Notes: generated by a model not told the origin, from the sequence alone. A stretch of DNA of 64,000 nt from Eubacteriales bacterium (GCA_045533505.1 JAZSHY010000002.1:11740-75739); one strand, 5' to 3'; positions 20,723-31,079 are shown, counted from the stretch's first letter. Numbers and translations are program-made.

Positions 20723-21345
20723 AAGAATATTGCACCGTCAGTGGCTTTGGCCGCGCCGAGATTGAGGAAAAGCGCTCCCGTTTCATAGGGAGCTGCGATT
20801 TTGTCTCTACTGAGGAGGAAGCGGTTTCTTTTGTAAATCGTATTCGTTCCGAATTTCCCGATGCAAGACACAATGTGTATGCTTACCTTCTTCGTGAAGG
20901 CTCCAAAACACGCTACAGTGATGATAAGGAGCCGCAAGGAACCGCTGGCATGCCAGTTCTTGAGGTAATCAAAAAGAATCAATGCCTTGATGCTGTGATT
21001 GTTGTAACGCGTTATTTTGGGGGAATTCTTCTCGGGGCAGGAGGACTTGCTCGCGCTTACAACGATGCAGCTGCAGCTGCACTGAAAGCAGCCGGACGCA
21101 TTCTTCGGCGTCCATCGCTTACCTTTTCATTTAACTGCCCCTATTCCGACTATGACCGCTGCGTTCGCCTTTTGCAGCAAAAAGGTGTCACTCTGTTGCC
21201 GCCCTCCTTTGATGCTACGGTTACGCTTTCTTACACTGTTTCGCAAACCGAGTCAGGCACAGTGGCCACCGCGCTTTTTGATGCCACAGGAGGCAAAATT
21301 GTTCCGCAAAAAACGGGTGAGGGATGGCAAAACATCATAATTTGA
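20719..21345 (+). CDS. yigZ: YigZ/IMPACT-family protein
   Basis: EIEEKRSRFIG...ARHNVYAY...DDKEPQGTAG motifs typical of the UPF0029/IMPACT N-domain. Confidence 0.75.
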   Translation: MKEYCTVSGFGRAEIEEKRSRFIGSCDFVSTEEEAVSFVNRIRSEFPDARHNVYAYLLREGSKTRYSDDKEPQGTAGMPVLEVIKKNQCLDAVIVVTRYFGGILLGAGGLARAYNDAAAAALKAAGRILRRPSLTFSFNCPYSDYDRCVRLLQQKGVTLLPPSFDATVTLSYTVSQTESGTVATALFDATGGKIVPQKTGEGWQNIII

Positions 21346-21432
21346 CGATTCTTTAAAAAAAATGCTGTTTTCAAAAGTAATTTTGTAGTTTTCTGCGTAT
21401 TTATTATCAGAGAGCTAAAAAGGAGGACCTCC

Positions 21433-22446
21433 ATGCCTACTTTTGCGGATTTTTTCTTGAAACGGGAACGCGATTATCTTTCTCCGTATGCGTTTCTTAC
21501 AGAAAACACAAAGGGAAGAGCGTTTTCTTGCGAAAAGAGCGATTTCCGTACTGAATTTCAACGTGATCGTGACCGCATTCTGCACTCAAAATCCTTTCGC
21601 CGTCTTATGCATAAGACACAGGTGTTTTTTTCACCGGAGGAAGAGCATTATCGCACCAGAATGACACATACTCTTGAGGTGACGCAGATTGCGCGCATTA
21701 TGGCGCGTGCACTTTCCTTAAACGAGGACCTCACTGAGGCTATTGCTCTTGGACACGACCTCGGTCATACTCCCTTCGGTCATGCGGGAGAAAGAGCGAT
21801 GACTCTTTGCTTTTCTCCTGATTTTACGCATTATGCGCAAAGCCTGCGTGTTGTGGAATGTCTTGAGCACGATGGCGAGGGCATGAACCTCACCTTTGAG
21901 GTAAAGGACGGGATTTTTAAGCACACAGGCGACAATATGGCCTGCACCTTGGAGGGCGTTATTGTAAAATACGCTGATCGTATCGCGTATGTCAACCATG
22001 ACATCGACGATGCTTGCCGTGCCGGAATCCTCAAGGAAGACGATATTCCCAAGGATATCCTTTCCGTTTTGGGGAAAAGTCATTCCGAGCGCATCAATAC
22101 GTTGGTCTCGTCAGTCATTTCCGAGAGTACGGAAAGCCCTAAGATCGGTATGACACAAGAGATCGAGGAGGCTTTTTTAGCTCTTCGCAGCTTTATGTAC
22201 GAAAGAGTATATACCAATTCGGTGGCTAAAGCTGAGGAGGAGAAGGCTGTGGAGCTTTTGTGCCGTCTATATGAATATTATATAGAAAATCCGAATGAAA
22301 TGCCGGCGCTTTATGTCCAAAATATCAAAAGAGACGGTGTTGGCCGCTGCGTCTGTGACTATATTTCAGGTATGACCGACAGATATGCAATAGACATCTA
22401 CCGAGAATTGTTTATTCCCAAGGTTTGGAGGAAGACGACTGTATGA
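21433..22446 (+). CDS. dGTP triphosphohydrolase-like HD-domain protein
   Basis: RTRMTHTLEVTQIAR and GHDLGHTPFGHAGE HD motifs. Lies upstream of dnaG, as in many Firmicutes. Confidence 0.8.
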   Translation: MPTFADFFLKRERDYLSPYAFLTENTKGRAFSCEKSDFRTEFQRDRDRILHSKSFRRLMHKTQVFFSPEEEHYRTRMTHTLEVTQIARIMARALSLNEDLTEAIALGHDLGHTPFGHAGERAMTLCFSPDFTHYAQSLRVVECLEHDGEGMNLTFEVKDGIFKHTGDNMACTLEGVIVKYADRIAYVNHDIDDACRAGILKEDDIPKDILSVLGKSHSERINTLVSSVISESTESPKIGMTQEIEEAFLALRSFMYERVYTNSVAKAEEEKAVELLCRLYEYYIENPNEMPALYVQNIKRDGVGRCVCDYISGMTDRYAIDIYRELFIPKVWRKTTV

Positions 22447-24221
22447 TTGAAAAAAGCGTAGTGGAGGAGGTTTTGGCCCGCTCAAATATTGAGGGGGTGA
22501 TTTCTCCTTACGTTTCGCTCAAACGAGCCGGTGCGCTTCTTCAAGGGCTTTGCCCCTTTCATAGCGAAAAATCCCCATCCTTCTATGTGTATCCGAGAAA
22601 CAACAGCTTTTACTGCTTCGGTTGTGGAGTAGGAGGAAGCGCCATCACCTTTATTAAACGAATCGAGAATCTTGATACCGATTCTGCAATTGAGCTTCTC
22701 GGCAAGCGTGTGGGAATTACGGTTGTGCGAAAGGAGGAAAAGGATTCCTCCGCATCACACTTTGACCGAACCCGCATGCTGGCACTTAATAAGGACGCGG
22801 CACGGTATTTTCACGCTCGCTTATTTGACAACACAAGGGGGGCTCAGGCTGCACGCGAGTATCTGATGGAAAAACGCGGTCTTTCTATGAGCACCATAAA
22901 GCATTTTGGCCTCGGCTATGCTCCCTACGATCCCAAGGGGCTTTTTGCTCACTTTAAGGAGCTTGGTTATCGCGAGGACGAAATGGTTGCAGCCTTTCTC
23001 TTAGGAAAGAGCGAGAAGAACGGAGCCTTTTATCAGTCTTTCAGGGAACGCGTGATGTTTCCTGTGATTGACGTAACGGGTAATGTAGTTGCCTTTGGCG
23101 GGCGCGTTCTTGACAATTCCCTCCCCAAGTACAAAAATTCATCCGATACTCCCGTATTCAAAAAAAGCAAGAATTTGTATGCTTTAAATTTCGCGAGGAC
23201 AAGCTGTTCAGAATCCTTGATTCTTTGCGAAGGCTATATGGATGTCATTGCCATGCACGCTGCCGGTTTTACCAATGCTGTGGCAACCTTGGGAACCGCC
23301 ATCACTCCCGAGCAAACGCGCCTTATCAGCCATTACACCAAAAAGGTTATTCTCTCGTACGATAATGACGAGGCAGGGCAAAAGGCAACGACACGTGCGC
23401 TCGGCCTTTTGGATCAGGTTGGGCTTGAAGCTCAGGTTTTGCGTATAGAGGGAGGGAAGGACCCCGACGAATACATCAAAAAGTTTGGGGTTGAAGCGTT
23501 CCGCCGTTTGTTGGAAGGAAGCCACACAAAGTTCGAATTTAACCTTCAAAAGGTTCTTTCTCGTCACGATGTATCCCAACCCCAAGAAAAAATCCATGCC
23601 GTTTCCGAGCTGTGCGATATCATTTCAAAGGTTTATTCCTCGGCAGAACGAGAGGTCTATATCGGCGAGGTCGCAAAGCGCCTTTCGCTTGAGCCAGCGG
23701 CCATTCGCAGGGATGTGGAGCACATGATGCGGCGCGGAGAGAAGAGCGAGCACAAGGCGAGACTGGATAAGCTTAAGCAGGGGGGGATTGGCCTGGGGGA
23801 CAGAATCAATCCGGACCGCATAAAGGCACCGCAGATAGCGGCACATGAGGAAATTGTGCTCTCGCTTTTGCTCTTGTATCCCGAGCACAGAGTGGCTGCC
23901 CGTGAGGAGCTCGCATTGACTGAGGACGATTTCTTTACAGCCTTTGGCAAACGGGTTTTTTCATACGCCATGCAGTGCGGGGATTCCGCAAATGCCGATG
24001 CGCTTGAAATGGAGCAGCTCTTCAGCGAGGATGAGATTGGCCGCATTGTTGAGCTGAAGGTTTTGCGCATGGACCTCACCGATAACGGTCCGCAGGTTTT
24101 TTGCGATAGTGTGGAGTCACTGAGGACGGTCATGAAGCAACATCTCAGTGTAACCGAAAGTGGTACCTCATTGACCGATCTTGATTCTCTTATTCGCAAC
24201 TTGCGCAAGGAGAACGATTGA
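22443..24221 (+). CDS. dnaG: DNA primase
   Basis: Zinc-binding CPFHSEKSPSF..CFGCG motif and TOPRIM region (EGYMDVI, DNDEAGQKAT). ATG at 22443 overlaps the upstream stop (ATGA). Confidence 0.9.
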   Translation: MIEKSVVEEVLARSNIEGVISPYVSLKRAGALLQGLCPFHSEKSPSFYVYPRNNSFYCFGCGVGGSAITFIKRIENLDTDSAIELLGKRVGITVVRKEEKDSSASHFDRTRMLALNKDAARYFHARLFDNTRGAQAAREYLMEKRGLSMSTIKHFGLGYAPYDPKGLFAHFKELGYREDEMVAAFLLGKSEKNGAFYQSFRERVMFPVIDVTGNVVAFGGRVLDNSLPKYKNSSDTPVFKKSKNLYALNFARTSCSESLILCEGYMDVIAMHAAGFTNAVATLGTAITPEQTRLISHYTKKVILSYDNDEAGQKATTRALGLLDQVGLEAQVLRIEGGKDPDEYIKKFGVEAFRRLLEGSHTKFEFNLQKVLSRHDVSQPQEKIHAVSELCDIISKVYSSAEREVYIGEVAKRLSLEPAAIRRDVEHMMRRGEKSEHKARLDKLKQGGIGLGDRINPDRIKAPQIAAHEEIVLSLLLLYPEHRVAAREELALTEDDFFTAFGKRVFSYAMQCGDSANADALEMEQLFSEDEIGRIVELKVLRMDLTDNGPQVFCDSVESLRTVMKQHLSVTESGTSLTDLDSLIRNLRKEND

Positions 24222-24264
24222 TTCCGCTCTTAAAACTTTAAAGAAATAGGAGGGCAGAGCCTAT

Positions 24265-25338
24265 ATGGAAGAAATAACACTTGTCAACGATCTGACTGAG
24301 CCCGGTGATGAGCTTTCGGGGAGCGAAGGCGGAATTATCGAGGTTTTAGACAATATTGATTATGAAATAGATGACACCGAGCTTACTCTGGCCGTGGGGG
24401 ATGCCGATTCTGCGCTGCCGGATGAAGGGCAGCTCCGGGAAATTGAGGATGCCAACTCGCAGGGGGCGGACCTTTATTCTAATCCTGATGTGCTTGCCGA
24501 GGCTTCGGTTGCTCCGGATGATCCCGTGAGAATGTATCTTAAAGAAATAGGGAAAATCCCTCTTCTCACCCCGGAAAGGGAGAAGGTGCTGGCGGAGCAG
24601 ATTGCTCTTGGCAGCAAAAAGGCGAAGAATGAGCTGATAGAGGCGAATTTACGGCTTGTTGTGAATATCGCCAAGCGCCACATAGGCAAGGGAATGCAAT
24701 TCCTTGACCTAATTCAAGAAGGCAACCTAGGACTTATGAAGGCGGTGGAAAAATTCGACTATCATATGGGCTACAAGTTTTCCACATATGCCACATGGTG
24801 GATTCGCCAAGCTATCACGCGTGCGATTGCTGACCAGGCTCGCACCATTCGTATTCCTGTGCATATGGTGGAAACCATCCATAAGGTTTCCCGGGCTGCA
24901 AGACAGCTCCTTCAGGAGCTTGGCCGAGAACCTACAACAGATGAAATCGCTGAGCGCCTTGAAATTTCGGGGGATCGTGTCCGCGATATTTTGAAAATAG
25001 CGCAGGACCCGGTTTCCTTGGAAACACCGATCAGCGAAGATGGGGACAGTCTGCTCGGCGATTTTGTAGAGGATGTGGACAGCCTCTCTCCCGCCGATAC
25101 TGCCTCGTATTCCCTTTTAAGAGAACAGCTTTGCCGTGTGCTTCACACGCTGACACCGAGAGAAGAACAGGTTCTGAAGCTTCGTCACGGCTTGATAGAC
25201 GGACGCACCCATACACTGGAGGAGGTCGGACGAGAGTTTGACATAACGCGGGAAAGAATTCGCCAGATCGAGGTCAAGGCCTTGCGAAAGCTCCGTCATC
25301 CTTCGAGATCCAAGCCACTTCGAGATTATCTTGATTAA
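24265..25338 (+). CDS. sigA: primary-type RNA polymerase sigma-70 factor, copy 1
   Basis: Regions 1.2 to 4.2 are all present ([11 protein letters not shown]; [34 protein letters not shown]; [20 protein letters not shown]). Sits in the dnaG-rpoD position. Confidence 0.9.
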   Translation: MEEITLVNDLTEPGDELSGSEGGIIEVLDNIDYEIDDTELTLAVGDADSALPDEGQLREIEDANSQGADLYSNPDVLAEASVAPDDPVRMYLKEIGKIPLLTPEREKVLAEQIALGSKKAKNELIEANLRLVVNIAKRHIGKGMQFLDLIQEGNLGLMKAVEKFDYHMGYKFSTYATWWIRQAITRAIADQARTIRIPVHMVETIHKVSRAARQLLQELGREPTTDEIAERLEISGDRVRDILKIAQDPVSLETPISEDGDSLLGDFVEDVDSLSPADTASYSLLREQLCRVLHTLTPREEQVLKLRHGLIDGRTHTLEEVGREFDITRERIRQIEVKALRKLRHPSRSKPLRDYLD

Positions 25339-25361
25339 TTAGTCAAAGTAGGTGACATGAC

Positions 25362-26399
25362 ATGAATGAAGAATTGAACATGCGAGAGTATGCAGCTCCC
25401 CCTCTGACGGAAAGCAGTCTTATGAATGCTCTTGAGGATATTGATGACGATATGGCAGCTGCTTTTTTGGAAAGTGAAGAGGAGCCCGAAACGTATCCTG
25501 AGGAGGCTGAATCTACGGTTCACGAGGCTGATACCGAGACCTTGGACACCCTTTTTCCCGATTCCTTCTCCGCCGATGATCCCGTAAGAATGTATTTGAA
25601 GGATATAGGAAAAATTCCGCTTCTGACTCCTGAGCGCGAAATGGAACTCGCGGAGCTTGCTGCCCTTGGCAATAAGACAGCAAAGAATGAGCTTGTACGC
25701 GCCAATCTCCGTCTTGTGGTGAGTATTGCAAAAAAGCATATTAACAAGGGAATGTTTCTGCTTGATTTGATTCAAGAGGGGAACCTCGGGCTTATGAAGG
25801 CGGTGGAAAAGTTCGACTACCGCAAGGGCTACAAGTTTTCCACATATGCCACATGGTGGATTCGCCAGGCTATTTCCCGTGCGATTGCCGACCAGGCTCG
25901 CACCATAAGAATTCCTGTACATATGGTGGAAACGATTCATAAGGTTTCCAGAACAACACGTCAGCTTCTTCAGGAGCTTGGACGCGAGCCTACTACGGCA
26001 GAAATTGCAGAGCGTCTTGAAACCACAGAAGACAAGATTCGCGAAATTTTGAAAATAGCACAGGATCCGGTTTCTCTCGAAACGCCTGTCGGGGAAGAGG
26101 AAGATAGCCACCTTGGAGATTTTGTGGAGGACAACGAAACTCCCACTCCCTCCGAAACCGCTTCCTATTCTCTCTTAAGAGAACAGTTGCAGGCTGTTCT
26201 TCTTACACTTTCCTCCCGTGAGGCAGAGGTAATTCGTTTGCGCTATGGCTTGTACAACGGACGGCCTCTTACTCTGGAGGAGGTGGGGCAACGCTTCAAT
26301 ATCACAAGAGAGCGTATCCGTCAAATTGAAGCGAAGGCACTTCGTAAGCTCCGTTATCCGCTTCGCAGTAAGCAGCTGCGCGACTATTTGGATTCCTGA
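25362..26399 (+). CDS. primary-type RNA polymerase sigma-70 factor, tandem copy 2
   Basis: Same domain set as copy 1, nearly identical in regions 2 to 4, with a different acidic N-terminus. AGGTGA lies 6 nt before the ATG. Confidence 0.85.
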   Translation: MNEELNMREYAAPPLTESSLMNALEDIDDDMAAAFLESEEEPETYPEEAESTVHEADTETLDTLFPDSFSADDPVRMYLKDIGKIPLLTPEREMELAELAALGNKTAKNELVRANLRLVVSIAKKHINKGMFLLDLIQEGNLGLMKAVEKFDYRKGYKFSTYATWWIRQAISRAIADQARTIRIPVHMVETIHKVSRTTRQLLQELGREPTTAEIAERLETTEDKIREILKIAQDPVSLETPVGEEEDSHLGDFVEDNETPTPSETASYSLLREQLQAVLLTLSSREAEVIRLRYGLYNGRPLTLEEVGQRFNITRERIRQIEAKALRKLRYPLRSKQLRDYLDS

Positions 26400-26497
26400 G
26401 CGAGGCAAAAATTTCAAAAACGTGTGAGCTTTGCTCCTTGGATATAGAGCTGTTTTCGCTTTTCTTGGTGCACATTGTATGAAACTTTAATTTCTTC

Positions 26498-26526
26498 TTG
26501 ACTTTTCAAGTAGAAAAAGGTATAAT
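26498..26526 (+). promoter_or_regulatory. near-consensus sigma-70 promoter for the lipoprotein gene
   Basis: TTGACT (26498..26503), 17-nt spacer, TATAAT (26521..26526). Confidence 0.6.
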
Positions 26527-26567
26527 AATGTGCGTATGTATATTCGTCAATTCCTTTGGAGGTACCT

Positions 26568-28721
26568 ATGAAAAAAAGAATTCTCGCGCTTCTTCTCGGT
26601 CTCCTTATGTGTCTTCCGCTGCTTTTGACCTCCTGCGGCAATCAAAAGCCCCCCGAGGACACCACCGAGGAAGAAGATTTGTATGTTAAGCCTGCAACAC
26701 TTAATTTTTACATAATCGGCGATAATGTTACCGCCGAAGCAGTAAGATTAATGGAGAACGCTTTTAACGAAACCTCAAGAGAGCTTTACAAGACCGAGGT
26801 TCATTTTGTCTTCTGTACCGCCGAGGAGTATTCGGCCAAGGTTATGGCGGAGCTTGATCGCGTGGCAGAGCTGAACAAAGCCCAGCAGGGGCAAACACCC
26901 CCTAAGACCGCTGCGGAAAAGTTTGAGGCCGCCGACGTTGTCACATCGATGGATGACCTGAACACTGTGGTAGAGCAGTATCCGGAGATCTATAACAACC
27001 AGATGGATATTTTGCTGATTACCAGCAAAGAAATGTACGATGACCTGCGCGAAAAGAACTATCTTGCCAACTTGACCGAACTTTTGAACACCGAATTCCG
27101 CGATATTGCACAGAAGGTCAACAACAATCTCGTTGGGGCAGCAACGATTGAGGGACAAAAGTATGCTGTTCCCAACAATGTCCTGATTGGAAAGTACAAA
27201 TATGTGCTTGTCAACAAGGAGATGGCATACCTTCTTCAGTATGCAGAGGCGCCGGCACCCGGGCAGAATCCCGAAAAGTATTATACGACTGCTGACGGCT
27301 CTAACAAGAAGGTCTTGGACTATGCAGCACTTCTTGAATTGGCTGCTGATATTCAAGCATGTAAGAGCGAAGCGGATCCCAATTCGGAACTTTACAGCAT
27401 TCATGAGACTCTCAAAGCCAATCTGGGCGCTTCCGAAATTTTCCCCATGCAGTCCGCTTTCGATTATCCTACGGTAGCCTATTTTCCGAAGAGCGGCGAA
27501 AATACCCTTTTTGGCGTGGTATACGATTACAACTCTACCTATCAAAGCTACATTGCATTGAGCAATGTCTTTACCAAGCAATCTTACAAGAATCACTTTG
27601 CTCTTATGCTGGAAGCTAAGCAAAAGGGCTATTATCCTACCGAGCCGCAGCTTGCCCCCACTGATGCTGCTTACGGCATTATTTACACCGAGGGAAGCTA
27701 CACAGACCGCTTTGCCTATCAGGACGATTATTTCGTTTTTGAGGTAGACCAGCCCAGGCTTGAAGACGATGGTGCATTCAATGCGATGTTCGCTGTTTCC
27801 AGCTTTTCAGCCTCTACCGAGCGTTCTTTGGAAATTATTGAAGCCCTGGTTGCCGATGAGGGAGCTGAGCTTCGCAATATTCTTCAGTACGGTGTAGAAA
27901 AGACGCACTATACCATCGATGCTAAAACAGGTATCTTGACACGGACTCTGACAGGGCGTAATCAGTACAAGATGAACGCCAATTATACTGGTAATATCAT
28001 TACGGCGTTCCCTTGCCCCGAGGATGGGCGCGATGCCAATTATGCTGGCTATTTCAAGACGCAGAATGACTCCGCCACAAGGAACCCGCTCTATGGCATG
28101 ACACCTGAACTTTTGTGGAAAAATACCAAGTCCGCCATGGAAAATCGCATCCTTTACGAGCGGATGTATGCCGCTTTGGTTTCTGAAATCGATGAGCTTC
28201 CTGCTTCCTCCAATATTTTTAAGGATAAGAATGTCAGTGAGGTAAAGGCTAAGCTTAAGTCTGAAATTCCCGACGAGATCAATACCGCAAATCTTCGCGA
28301 ATACTGGGAATACATTCGTGCCGGGTTCGATCCGACTCTGACATATGAGGAATGGGAAATTCCCGAGATTCCTTATTCGGTGACGAGCGCGCTGAGACAA
28401 CTTGAAAACACGACAAAGGCTGCGGTGAAGATGGATGTCGAGGCGTTCATGGAACAGAGCGCTTTGATGGCCAAGCAATATATGGATCGTGCTCTTCTTT
28501 GCACAACAACAGCTGAGCTTGATGCCTTGTGCGATGAAATTGACCGTCAGCTCAGAAACAACAAGACCGAGGGCATTTATTTCTATGGTGACCGCACCTC
28601 GAGTTGGGGTGGCAGCACCGCCTATGTGGGAATGCTGGTGAATAAGCCGGATGCCCCCATTTCGCTGGCCTCTGCACTTCAAGTTTGGTTGAAGGACGTT
28701 GTTATGGCCGGTAAGCAATAA
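26568..28721 (+). CDS. large secreted lipoprotein, possibly solute-binding-protein-like
   Basis: MKKRILALLLGLLMCLPLLLTSCGN has a signal peptide with a lipobox Cys. GGAGG lies upstream of the ATG at 26568. The body is hydrophilic and Asp/Glu/Tyr-rich. No adjacent permease or ATPase genes. Confidence 0.6.
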   Translation: MKKRILALLLGLLMCLPLLLTSCGNQKPPEDTTEEEDLYVKPATLNFYIIGDNVTAEAVRLMENAFNETSRELYKTEVHFVFCTAEEYSAKVMAELDRVAELNKAQQGQTPPKTAAEKFEAADVVTSMDDLNTVVEQYPEIYNNQMDILLITSKEMYDDLREKNYLANLTELLNTEFRDIAQKVNNNLVGAATIEGQKYAVPNNVLIGKYKYVLVNKEMAYLLQYAEAPAPGQNPEKYYTTADGSNKKVLDYAALLELAADIQACKSEADPNSELYSIHETLKANLGASEIFPMQSAFDYPTVAYFPKSGENTLFGVVYDYNSTYQSYIALSNVFTKQSYKNHFALMLEAKQKGYYPTEPQLAPTDAAYGIIYTEGSYTDRFAYQDDYFVFEVDQPRLEDDGAFNAMFAVSSFSASTERSLEIIEALVADEGAELRNILQYGVEKTHYTIDAKTGILTRTLTGRNQYKMNANYTGNIITAFPCPEDGRDANYAGYFKTQNDSATRNPLYGMTPELLWKNTKSAMENRILYERMYAALVSEIDELPASSNIFKDKNVSEVKAKLKSEIPDEINTANLREYWEYIRAGFDPTLTYEEWEIPEIPYSVTSALRQLENTTKAAVKMDVEAFMEQSALMAKQYMDRALLCTTTAELDALCDEIDRQLRNNKTEGIYFYGDRTSSWGGSTAYVGMLVNKPDAPISLASALQVWLKDVVMAGKQ

Positions 28722-28756
28722 ACCGCACTGTAAAACGGGGAAGCCCGTATCCTTGC

Positions 28757-28795
28757 AAAAAGAGCAGACACAAACTGTGCCTGCTCTTTTTTCTT
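28757..28795 (+). terminator. rho-independent terminator after the lipoprotein gene
   Basis: AGAGCAG (28761..28767) pairs with CTGCTCT (28781..28787), followed by TTTTTT. Confidence 0.65.
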
Positions 28796-28805
28796 TGTGA
28801 AAAAA

Positions 28806-28835
28806 TAAAAGACTCAGAATTAAATCTGAGCCTTT
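28806..28835 (-). terminator. rho-independent terminator after the tRNA pair
   Basis: Minus strand reads GGCTCAGATTTAATTCTGAGTC followed by TTTTATTTTTT. Confidence 0.6.
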
Positions 28836-28911
28836 TGGCGCGCCTGATAGGATTCGAACCTATGACCTACCGGTTCGTAGCCGGGCACTCTATCCACTGA
28901 GCTACAAGCGC
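28836..28911 (-). tRNA. tRNA-Arg (anticodon ACG)
   Basis: The reverse complement folds as a cloverleaf: acceptor GCGCTTG/CAGGCGC, anticodon loop CTACGAA, T-loop GGTTCGAATCC, encoded CCA. Confidence 0.93.
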
Positions 28912-28926
28912 ATAATTTTTAAAATA

Positions 28927-29000
28927 TGGAGCGGGTGATGGGAATCGAACCCACGCGACCAGCTTGGAAGGCTGGGATTCTACCATTGAACTACACCCGC
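28927..29000 (-). tRNA. tRNA-Gly (anticodon TCC)
   Basis: Reverse complement is GCGGGTG...CCAGC-CTTCCAA-GCTGG...GGGTTCGATTCCC...CACCCGC-T-CCA. Confidence 0.93.
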
Positions 29001-29019
29001 GAGATCCGAGCACTTCTAC

Positions 29020-29048
29020 ATAATAGCATATATTCCCCTACTTGTCAA
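29020..29048 (-). promoter_or_regulatory. sigma-70-type promoter for the tRNA-Gly/tRNA-Arg pair
   Basis: Minus strand has TTGACA (29048..29043), 17-nt spacer, TATTAT (29025..29020), about 20 nt before the tRNA-Gly 5' end. Confidence 0.6.
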
Positions 29049-29077
29049 GAGAAAAATTTGTTTTTTTCTCTTTTTTC

Positions 29078-29106
29078 TTGCTAATTTTTGATTTGCATGA
29101 TAAAAT
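29078..29106 (+). promoter_or_regulatory. candidate sigma-70 promoter for the TIM-barrel gene
   Basis: TTGCTA (29078..29083), 17-nt spacer, TAAAAT (29101..29106). Confidence 0.4.
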
Positions 29107-29157
29107 AGAAACAGGCTACAGAAAAATCAATGTTTTTACAGTTTTTGGGGGATACTT

Positions 29158-30021
29158 ATGAACACAAGACCTTTATTTGGACCGGGAGGCAACAGTGAGT
29201 CCTTTTATGCGGAAGGGCATAAGCACACACTTGATGCACCGGCATGGGTGGCCGCCCGCGGCTTGGATGCCTATGAGTATGAGGCGGGTAACGGCCTTTC
29301 CGCTAAGGATTCAGTGCTTGAAAAAATTGGTGCCGCCGCCGCCGAAGCCGGGATATTGATGTCCTTCCACGCCCCATATTTTATTTCTTTGGCCTCTTCG
29401 GATGCTCAAAAAAGAGAAAATAGTATTTCGTATATACAGTCCTCCTTGCATGCCGCAGAGCTCCTCGGTGCCAAAATCATAGTGGTACATATGGGGGGCG
29501 TGGCCAAACGTACGCGCGAGGAGGCCATGCGTCTTTCGGCAGAAACGTTATACACGCTTCTTGAGATGCTTCCCGAATCCCCCATAAAGATTGGTCTTGA
29601 AACCATGGGAAAGGTAGGACAGCTCGGTACGCTGGACGAGGTCCTCACGCTTTGCTCTATGTCAAAACGTTTGGCCCCGGTTGTGGATTTTGGGCATCTG
29701 AATGCTCGTGAATGCGGGAACGGAGGCTTCCACACCAAGGATGACTATATGGCGGTCTTTGATGCCATAGCCTGTGCGCTCGGCGATAATGCGGCGATGC
29801 ACCTGCATTCGCATTTTTCAAAAATCGAATACACGGGTGCAGGCGAAAAACGGCACCTGACCTTTGAGGACAAGACGTACGGTCCTCGCTTTGAGCCGCT
29901 TCTTGATGCCATCTACGAGCTTGGCGTCAGCCCTACCGTGATATGTGAATCCGCAGGTACGATGGCAGAGGATGCGCTTACCATGAAAAACTATTATTCT
30001 TCGCTTCGGGAGGGCCTATGA
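29158..30021 (+). CDS. xylose-isomerase-like TIM-barrel protein (AP endonuclease family 2 / endonuclease IV-like)
   Basis: 287 aa. Segments LDAYEYEAG, FHAPYFISLAS and KIIVVHMGG resemble endonuclease IV-family metal-site strands. Assigned by resemblance only. Confidence 0.55.
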   Translation: MNTRPLFGPGGNSESFYAEGHKHTLDAPAWVAARGLDAYEYEAGNGLSAKDSVLEKIGAAAAEAGILMSFHAPYFISLASSDAQKRENSISYIQSSLHAAELLGAKIIVVHMGGVAKRTREEAMRLSAETLYTLLEMLPESPIKIGLETMGKVGQLGTLDEVLTLCSMSKRLAPVVDFGHLNARECGNGGFHTKDDYMAVFDAIACALGDNAAMHLHSHFSKIEYTGAGEKRHLTFEDKTYGPRFEPLLDAIYELGVSPTVICESAGTMAEDALTMKNYYSSLREGL

Positions 30022-31079
30022 ATCACATATCAGGCTTACGAGAGCTTCATGCCGCCTTGCAGGTGGATGCGCTGCTTCTGACCTCGGAGCTTTCCATACG
30101 GTATGCTATGGGGTTTCCGCTGTCTGATGCATGGGCACTCATTACGCCCGATGCAGCCTATCTGCTGACAGATTTCCGTTACGAGGAGGAGGCTAAATCC
30201 AAGTTGGATTCCTCCATCAGCGTTGTGACACCGCCTTCCTTTTTTGAATTTCTCTCGGACGTGTTTGCTACCGAGCATTTAGCAAGGATAGGCTACGAGG
30301 ATACCACCCTTTCCTGTGCCGATTTTTCCGCCCTTACGGAAAAGCTTTCCTTTTGTGCCGTTCCGATAGGGAGCAAGATTCAAGATTTGCGTGCTGTAAA
30401 GGATGCCGAAGAAACGGAAGCCATAAAAAAAGCCCAGGAAATCACGGACAAAGCCTTCTCGCACATTTTGTCGTCTCTTACTCCCACTATGACGGAGATA
30501 GATGTTGTTCTGGAGCTGGAGTTCTTTATGCGGCGTATGGGCGCCGATGCCATAGCCTTTCCCACCATTGCCGTTTCAGGTTCAGGAAGCGCGTTGCCCC
30601 ACGGTACGGCGCGCAACATACCGCTTTCACGCGGTTTTCTCACGATGGATTTTGGTGCTTCCTACAACGGATATGCGTCTGATATGACACGTACGGTGGT
30701 GCTTGGGTCTGCGACAGCGGAAATGAAGCGGCTCTATGATACCGTTCGAGAAGCACAGCGCCTTGGTATGGAGATTATCCGCGAGGGAGTGAGCGCTGCC
30801 GATGTGGATAAGGTGGCGCGAGATTATATCGACAGGGAAGGGTATCACAAGCTTTTCGGCCACAGCTTCGGTCACGGTGTAGGACTCGAAATTCACGAGA
30901 ACCCACGTCTCTCACGGACCTCCGGGGACATTCTTCGGGCAGGAAACGTGGTTACCGCGGAGCCGGGGATTTATCGTATGGGCGAATACGGATGTCGCAT
31001 AGAAAACCTCGGGGTTGTGACGAAAGGCGGATTTCTTTGCTTTACCCAATCCACAACCGATCTCATAGAACTCTTTTGA
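30018..31079 (+). CDS. M24-family Xaa-Pro aminopeptidase/dipeptidase
   Basis: Creatinase-like N-domain plus M24 pita-bread motifs (DFGASYNGYASDMTRT, HGVGLEIHE, EPGIY). Classic position upstream of efp. Confidence 0.8.
   Translation: MNHISGLRELHAALQVDALLLTSELSIRYAMGFPLSDAWALITPDAAYLLTDFRYEEEAKSKLDSSISVVTPPSFFEFLSDVFATEHLARIGYEDTTLSCADFSALTEKLSFCAVPIGSKIQDLRAVKDAEETEAIKKAQEITDKAFSHILSSLTPTMTEIDVVLELEFFMRRMGADAIAFPTIAVSGSGSALPHGTARNIPLSRGFLTMDFGASYNGYASDMTRTVVLGSATAEMKRLYDTVREAQRLGMEIIREGVSAADVDKVARDYIDREGYHKLFGHSFGHGVGLEIHENPRLSRTSGDILRAGNVVTAEPGIYRMGEYGCRIENLGVVTKGGFLCFTQSTTDLIELF

Noticed and set aside
26775-28718. Minus-strand ORFs of 282 aa and 303 aa
   Set aside because: They are antisense to the lipoprotein gene, which has a promoter, SD, lipobox and terminator. 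The antisense frames lack all of these.
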